A stretch of DNA of 64,000 nt from an uncultured Planctomycetales bacterium (GTDB lineage Bacteria; Omnitrophota; Gorgyraeia; Zapsychrales; Fredricksoniimonadaceae): positions 20,559-84,558 of the forward strand of contig CAZACW010000003.1 of NCBI GenBank assembly GCA_964483785.1, written 5' to 3'. Shown piece by piece: positions 1 to 9,000 of the stretch (its first letter is position 1; each line of letters begins with the position of its first letter). A model generated the notes under the pieces. The model was not told the origin of the DNA, did no database searches, and saw only the letters and a list, made by a program, of their open reading frames with translations. Position numbers and translations under genes: made by a program.

Positions 1-3000
1 GGCGCCCTGGATAAAATCCAGGATCCATGAGGCTGTTAAAGCAGCGGCCCCCGCGCACAATAAGCCGGTATTTTGTACAACTTGCTGCATGAGCGTATGG
101 ACGATCACCTGGCTTCCTGTGGAAATAGATAAGGATTCCGGGAGGAGAAAATTAATTTGATAATCTCCGATAAAACCCATCAGCCAGGATGCCCCGAGCC
201 CAAGCCCTCCCAAGGCCAAAAGGCCCCTTGTCCATTTTGCTATGGGTGAGAGGACCGGGTTTTTTGTTTCAGGGACCATATAAACCATCATTATCAAGCC
301 AATGCCTGCAGCCAGCAGGCCCCAGGTCGATGATCCTGCGAACTGATGGATATAGGAAAACAGCACATTATTATACAAATGATCATGAATCATCGATTGA
401 ATATGGGTTATTTCCGCACGTCCGAATGCCGCCGCGATGAATATCCAATACACTAAAAATAAGTTTCTGGCGGCCCCGATCAATAAAGGATGGCGGGCTT
501 CCTTGGCCTTGGTCTGGGCCCAGGTTCTAAATTGGCCTTCATTGTTTAGAATTTCGAGCGATCGCCCGACTTGTTCTTTGACTCCCTGCTTATCAGCCTC
601 GGCCTGCCTGATTCTTTTGACTTCATCCCACATGTAAAGATTGATCAGGGTCATGGGATGGTAGCGGGGATTGGTGTAGGTATCCTCTTCATTATTGCGG
701 AATCTTATGCCTATGATCCTTCTGAGGCTTTTTAATATTGATCCCCGCGTTTTCCAATAAGTGGCCTGTTTTTCAAATTCTTCATAAAAAATTTGTGACC
801 ATTTGTTGATGATGGCCTTGATTTGATCATCGTTGATGACCGTGGGGTCCTTGGCTTGGATGTTTTTGAGCAATGCGATCAAGGCCGTAAAACCGTTGGC
901 TGAAAGAATATCCAGGGAGCGGGGCCCCTGAATGTCTTTTCGCAGGACATGCACACGATCTTGATGGGGATTTGGAATCGGGTTTCCATATTGATCAGTC
1001 ATTTCAATGGTCTGGGCGATCAGGTCATAAGCCGCGCTGATATCCTTCATGTCAAAATCAGGTATGCTGGCCTTGACCTTGCCGATCAGATAAAATTTCC
1101 TGACTTGAAGCAAATTTTTGGTCACGGCCCCGGTCAACAAATTGATAAAAGGCGCCAAAAGAATGCTGGCTAAAGGCAAATAAGCCATGGCAACCCAGAA
1201 TAGGCTGTGGGCGGCAGGAGCGGCAAAAGAAAGCTGTGCCCTGTCCTTGGGTGCCGGATTATAGACACTCGCCCCTCCTTGTTGGGCCATCAGCCAATCA
1301 GCGCCGGCTGTTAAAGATGGTGCCCAGCTTGGGGATGGTCCGTCCGTCCTCGGATAAAACCGTCTCATATCTCCTGAATCAAGTCCTTGTCGGGGATCCA
1401 CGGCGGACGCGTTTATACCGATTAATTCCGGGAACATATTTTCCGGTGTGCGCGGATAAGCGGCTAAGGCCCTTCTGAAGCCATCTTCAGCTTGCTGATA
1501 ACCAAGCAATCTCGCCGTTCTTAACCCATTAACGGTTGAATCCACAGCAATGACCCTTTGCCTGGGGCCGATGGCTATATCTAACCCCACCTGACCGTCT
1601 GTTTTAACTTCAAAAGGCCTATCCATCATGTCTAAAAGCTGGATGCCTTTTGCATCATCTATCCGCCCCATGGCCTTGGCGGCTTCAATAAAATAAAACC
1701 ATGTGTCGGATGAGGACCCCGGGATTTCGCCAAATTCGATGGCCCCGTTTTGCCTTCGGTAAAATCCATAAGGGACAATCGATTCATCCTTGACCCTGCC
1801 CATCACATAGGTATCAAAAAATTTCTGCAAAGACTCTATTCTGGGACCGAGGAATTGCCTAAAGTCCGCATCCAGCGTTGTATCTTGGCGCATGGCATTC
1901 AACAGAAGAAATATTTTGGAATTTGTCCGCGTGAGGTAATTATTGGGCCGCCCAAGAAAATTGAGGCCTAAGGTTTTGACTTGCGGAACAAATTTTTCTT
2001 CCGCAAAGGCCCCGATCTCATCATCGGAAGAATAGAAGGTCTCTACCAAGGTCCTGGCCATGGCCATGGCCATGGTGCGGGCATAAGGATTGCCATTGGC
2101 TTTCCAAAGTTGGTAGACCGCATTGGTAATGGCCGCCTGGCTGTCGGCTTTGGGAGTGGAATAGGTCGGATTATTTAAATCCGGAGTGGTGCGCTGAGGC
2201 GCCCCGGAATTGATGTTTAAAAAATTGACGACTGGGACCTTCCCTTCCCCTGTGCTGTCCCAGAAGCTGAAAGGCCGCTTATCTGTTTGATATAACAAAA
2301 TATCCTGGGCTATTTGGATCCCTTCTTGATCTCCAGATAAAATGAGCGCGGCCAGAAGGTCGCCTTGCTTGGCCACATCAAGGCTCTGCTCCTGGGTCCC
2401 ATGGGTCAATGGGATCAATCCTGTATGGCTGTTCCTCCATGCTTTGGCAATTTGTATCAAATCAGCTGTTGCGGGGATTGGATGATCGGGAAGATCATGG
2501 AGTTTCCAGAACGGCGTATTGTAAACAAATGCGCCCACTGGATGGGGTTTGGTTTCACGGTTATTTCTCATGCGGTCCAATACTACATTATCTATGGCTT
2601 CATGGTCCGCATTTGGATTGAATTTCGGAAAATAGCTCCTTGCAAAAGTCATGTAAAGATCGTTAAAGGTCAGTTCCCTGAATGCTTTGGCTGCGCCGCC
2701 TCCATAATTATTAGGAACAATAATAGGGGCATCGCCTTGCCAGGTGGTTTGGGACGGCCTGTTTCCTGCATGAGCAAAGGGGAATAATTGAATGGATGGA
2801 ATGCCGACGCCGTTGGACAATAAGTACATCCTTGAATAACCATTTTCCACAATGCTGATCTCTTCAGCCACTGTAAAACCGGGGTAGCCGGAATAAACAT
2901 TGGCTGTCGGCTGATTTTTTTCGTTTAAGTCATCGAAAGTATAAATGGTCGTTAAAGGCGTCCATTGGCCCAGCTTTTCATCGCGGTCGTAGCGGGACAT

Positions 3001-6000
3001 CAAGGCTTGCCCATCTCCCAGGATTTCAAATTGGACCCTGTCCCTTTCTTCATGGGTGCTTTTCATCTGCTGTAAGAACTCTCTTGTTTTGGCCCAAACG
3101 CCTTGCCTGGCTTTCATGTTTTGCAAATTGGCGACAGCCTCTCCGAAGTTCCATCCCAAATCAGCCGTGACCGTGTCATTGGAATTAAACTGGATACGGG
3201 CATCCGCTATATAGCGTTTTAACTCACCCAGCAAGACCGTCTCATCCTGTCTTTTTGTGATCTGGATTTCATTTTGCTGTTGGGTAGTTTTTAAAGCAGA
3301 TACGCCGACAGGGACGTCTTTATTGCCCTTATAATGGACAACCACAGAATTTATTTTGCTTGGATCGATCCCGGCATCGGCCATCCACTGCACCGGCATG
3401 ACAAATGGGTTTCTGCCCTTTAATGATCTTACATTGACCACGGCTGAACTTTCCCTGGTCGGAGATTTTTGGTCAGGGGTGGAAATGACGGTAAAATTGT
3501 AAGGATAAATAAAGGGTAATTCATGGATTTGACCCGAGGCCAACAGGTTCTCAAAATAATTTGATTTATCCATTTTGGATGTAAATGTGACCTGATGGCC
3601 GAGCGCATCCGTAACCAAGACTTCGATATCATCATACATCTGCCCATCCTTGGAATCTGCGAAGAAATACCAATAATCCTGTTTACTGGCGTCTTGAGGA
3701 GGAGCTCCTGCCAATAAATCGATCCTCCGGTCATTCTCCGAGGTCAAGCCAAGATAGGTCTCATGTTCCGGGGCATAAATATAGTAGGCAAATTTACGGT
3801 CCTGTTCACCCTGTTGATTGACCAGATTCGCGATACTGGATTGAATATCGCCCTTGGTTGACATGGTGATCATTTCAGTCCAGGTTTTGTCCTGGTTATT
3901 CCCAAAATAATGCGTGATCAGCATGGTGAGAGTGCCGTCATTCGGATTGTAGTCCTTGGCAGCAGCGGAATACAGGGGCCTCACCTGTTCCCCTTGATCA
4001 TTGATTTCAAAAACATCGACGGTATCAGCAATGCCGTGGGCCACGGAATAGGAGCCGGGTTCATTTCTCCAATTGAAAACGACTTTTTTATGGCCAATGA
4101 TTTTCCATTGGATGCGTTCAAGCCCGTAACGGTAGGCCAATTGGATGGTCTTGGCCACCTGCTGATTGTCTGCGATGACCTCCTGATTCACCACCGTGGT
4201 GCTGCCATTGCTGAGGGCCTCATCCAACTTAATCTTGAAAGTCCCCTGCAGTCTGGATACGTCATAAGACCCTAAGACCGGAATTCTGTTGACCGGCTTG
4301 CCGTTTTGATAGTTGGTGTTTTCAGAATCCGGTATAAGATCAAGATCGAATATATTATCTGCTGTAGGCTGCCGGAATATGTTTTGGGTCCTGTGCTCCC
4401 AGAGGGCCTGGGCCATAGGAACATTTTGACTGGAACTGTCAAAAAAGGCGCGCGTCGCAGATACCCTTCCGCGATGTTTCGGGTCTGTGTCTTCATAGAA
4501 GATTTTGTGGTCCGCGCCTTGGATTTGCCAGGTCAGCAAGGATGAGTTTAGGCCGCTGAATCTCCTTGTTTCTCCTCTATTGTTGACCACGGTTTGCGGC
4601 ACCAAGGCCAGAGGGCCATTATAGGCATAGCGGCTTGTGACAAGGCCTTCAAAACTGATGCCCAGAGGGCTTTTGTAAACGCCTTGAGGTGCTGATTCCG
4701 CAAGCAGCAGGCCTGTGGCCATATCATCCATTTGGGTGGATGGTTTTTGATGGCCAAGGTCCATGACATCCCGTATCCTTTGTCCACGCGCAAAACGGTA
4801 ATGGCTGAAATCAAATTGGTGTACCCATTGATGGGTGGCTGGATTAAAAAGGTCCATGGTTGCGCCTGTTTCAATGCCGTCTCGGTCATGACGGGGTAAA
4901 TACCGTTGATTGATCCCGTCATCGGAGGCGGTCAACACATCCAGGGTCCTTCCAAAAGGTGATTGATACACCGTGCTGCTTGCCAAAGCCAGGCCCTGGC
5001 CCACCTGCTCAGCCCATTTGGTCACATTCAATTCCCAGCGCATGTGATTGCGGTCATAGGTGCTGGTGGTGGTGACACCGCCTTTTTGCTGACCGATTGT
5101 GGTCGTTGAAGATTGATGGGTCTCATCGCGGTCCATGTCTGTCCTGGTTACGACCCAGCGGTCCAAGCTGTCCTTGCCGGCCACCAGGATCGGCTGTGTC
5201 CATCTTGGATCAAATAATCTGAATGATCCTTGGCCATGCTCATCCAAATGGTAAATCCAGCTTCTTCCCGTGGTTTGATCATAGTTGAATAACCGGTCTG
5301 AGGCCAAGGTGGTGCCTGAGCCGCTTTTGGTTTCCGATGCCAGGGGCACCACGCCCGAGAATTTGCTGCGGTCATAATCAAGCTGCGTATTTTGGGTTAC
5401 TGTATTTCCCCCTATTTGGTCCGCGTCCCTGTTCGATTGAACGACGCCCGATGCATTGATGACAAGGGAATGCGTTATGTTGGTCGACAGATTCAAGGAT
5501 TCAACGGGCAAGGTAAACCCTGATCTTTGCAGGTTTCTGTCCTGGCCCATGATAGGCGATGTGTTGGAGGTGCGAAGCGCCCCCGGGACAGGCCGGAGTA
5601 AACGCTGGGCGATTTGCTCAACATCCAAGGGCCCTGTCATGTCATCGCCGTTAAAGAAAACTTCTGAATGTGGAGGCAGGCCATAGGCGTTTCTCTGGTA
5701 TTCCGTAATTTCATTCAGGGTCACTTCAGAGTCCGGATATTCATGGTCGGTAAAAATTTGCAGCCTGCGTTCATTGTTGGTGCGGCCGATGTAAACTACC
5801 TTTTTGGTGATATGATGGTCTCCGGCCTTTCTTTCAAAGTTGGCATAGAGGGTGATGGTCACAGCTTCAGCTTGGGCTTTGCCCTGGGGTGTTTTGGCCA
5901 GTTCAGCCACGGCATTGGCTTGGGCCATGTATTCCGTCACGCCGGCTAATCTCTGGACATGGGTTGACCTATAGGGATTAGGATAAATATAGGTCCCGAC

Positions 6001-9000
6001 TTCCAGGTGGAGTTTCATATCATAGGCAGGAACAATGATATGTTCTTCATCAACGCTGTATTTTAATAAACCATTGCGGTACACCTTTAATACGGGTTTT
6101 CCAGTTGTTGGGCTTGGGGTGATTTTATGGACATCCGTATCTAAAGGATAGATAATCGTCGTAAATGGTCCTGTGGTCATCTGTAAATCTGCATAACCTT
6201 GCAATTGTGCATTGGCTTTTTGTTCATCTGTCCATTGTTCGAACTGAGGATCAAAGACCCCCCTGACCCAGGTCGAATTACGGATGTTTGCGCCTGTGGT
6301 GGGCTCAGGAATGATTCTTCCTGGGACAATGCCCCAGGGCATTTTTCTGACTTGGGAGACGATCCCGGCACCGCCTTCAAATCCAGGGTCCCCGCGGATG
6401 GCATGGCCCATGTTTTCGGCGTTGATTCGACCAATGGCGGCATTGATTTCTCTTTGCTGTAAATAAGCCAGCGACCTGGTCAAATGCAGATAAACAGTGG
6501 TCCCGTCCGCCTTGCTTTCAATGGTGGCCTCTGTATTTCCGCTTGGCCTGATATAACGCCCATTTTGGGCTTGGATGATCCTTCGGTAATGGTCGACCTC
6601 TTTGTCGCCGATATGGATGTCCACGCGTGTCATTTCATCCGTGACCACCTTGGCCGGCAAGGGGATAATGGACGGCGGCTTGAGGGTAGGCCTTCCGATC
6701 CTGAAAATATTGATCTGATGTTCTGACAAAGATTTTTGCAGAAGAGGCGCTGTGGCCCTTGTGCCTTCTTGAGTGTTATACCCAAAACCCGTTGGAATGT
6801 TCGAATGTGCGGCTTGAGGCAAATTACCGTCATTGGCATCGGCAACGATTCTTAACGTTTTCAAATAACCGTCGCGGATCTTGGAGGCTTTTTCAACGAT
6901 TTCCGGATGTTGGTGGGTGTAAGCGTAGTTGATGATTTCATTGAGGACTTGCACGGCTTCGGAGGTGACCTCAAACATGACGGCCTTTCCGAAACCGTGG
7001 GCACGGGCATCGGCATCAGCCAAACTCAATCCCCTGATCTCAAAACGGCGGCCGTTAGCGATATAATAATCATTGATCCCGAATTCTGCATCCACCCTTA
7101 ACCACCAGGCCATGACATCCTCGATGGTCATTTTATTGGATTGCATGAACAGTTCCATGCCCTTGCTTAAGAAGGTACGCGTATTAGCGTCAGAGGAGAG
7201 ATAGCTGTTGATGCCGGGTTTTTGCTGGCCGCCGGCCTTATACAATCCTTTTTGGGGATCGTAACGAGTATCTAAGGCTTCTGACATTTGACGGTACTGT
7301 TCGTCCAATTGACTTCCGATGCTTCCATTGAAAAGCCGGTTGAATCCGCTTTGCTGCTGTTGAAGCCCTGGGAGCATGATGTGCCTATATTCCCCCATCG
7401 CCCCCACGGTCAAGGCCAGTGGCTCGGTGCCGTTTTCATTTTTCCAATTATTGCCAAGCCATACGGCCAGGGCATTGATGATATCGTCATTGCGGGTGTA
7501 GGTGTTGTCGCCTTTTAAATAAAGGGCATTTCTTAAATTCAGCAAGGACATGAGGATTGAGGCATTGGGGCCTGGCCCGGGCGCGCCATCGCCTTGGGCG
7601 CGGCGGAAATCATACACATCGTAATATTCCGCGAAGCCTTGAAATCCCGTTTTTTGGGCATTAAAGATGGTGCGGATGAAAGCCTCCAGGGGCTGGATTC
7701 GGTTCCAATCATTGGCATACACCGCGAATGTCAGCCCCAGGGATTGATCGAACATATAGCCGCGGCGGTTGGATTGGCCGGCATGGATATAATCCATGCT
7801 TTGTAAAGCGCCGCTGGCTGTCCTTTGATGAAACGGATCCCCTCCAAGGGCGGCTTGGTAGATTTCAACGCCCCCCTGCTGCATCACGCTTGTAATCTTA
7901 TCATAAGTCTTCAAGTCCCTCTCCACCTGTTCGGCGTTCTCTTCAACGCCGTTGATGGTCGGAAAAAACAGCCTGTAGCTTTCCCTGCCCTTGGCATCAC
8001 GCTCTACGATGGCAAAAACCGGACGGTTGTTTTCCGTCATACCGATCACAAAACCTTTCATCATCTGGGCATGGGCCTCGGCCTTGGTATAGGTATGCAC
8101 CTTGCCGCTGAACCACCCATTATCGAAAGCATACCCGCTGATGCCGGAACCCCGGACATTGGCCTTGTTGATCGTGGTGATTTCCTCGAGCTGGGTCCTT
8201 AATTTAGTGTCATAGAGGCCCCAAAAATTAACGGATATAATTGGACCGTCGACATGGGGAAATGGCGCCCGCAGTGGATTGCCGCTGCCGGTTTCCTGTT
8301 CTATTTTGTTGGCCAATTGGTAAAAATTGATTTCTATGCCTGGTAACAAGGAACGGAAAACAACCGGCGCGTTGGGGCCTGCGATGTCTCTTAAGGCAAC
8401 AGCATCTTGCGGGCCGTGGTTCAAGGCCCAGGCCGCTGCGTAATTCACATTAAATGCGCCGCTTAAGGGATTAAACGGTATATTCCTGGCAGCCCTGCTC
8501 AAGGGGCTGTCTTTTAAGGTGGTGGTGGCGGCGTTAAGTACCCTTAAAGCATCGCCCATTTGGCGGGCGATTTTGTCATAGCCATATTTGCCTTCGATAT
8601 AATGTTGTAATTGTGTCATCTGTTCCTGGCCCAATTCTCCATTAATCATGCGGCGGGCTTGCTGGCGGAAAATATCCTTTTCAGGATCAGGCATCTGGTC
8701 CCAATTGGCCGTAGAACCGGATTGATGATAAACATATTGCGCGACAAAATCCATAAATTGGGTTTCGGTCGGCATGGTCATGAGGTCAGGACGGTTAAAA
8801 ATGTCCCAGCCGAAATCGAGGATGCTGCCTACCGGTACCTTCATGTTAGGCACAAAGGAAAGGCCGAGATTTACCAAAAAAACGGCCCGGTTGAAACGCT
8901 GTTTATTTTGTAAATAGACTTGGTAACGTTGATTTTGTTTGTTTTCAACTTCCGCCAAGAAACGGTCCGCGAAGGCCTCAGACCGTAATTGAACAAGATA

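Noticed and set aside
1981-2178. His-Gly repeat (GHGHGHGAG) in a plus-strand ORF
   Set aside because: Wrong-strand reading of a CCATGG-periodic stretch inside the giant minus-strand gene (MAMAMA in the real frame). Not a metal-binding repeat protein.
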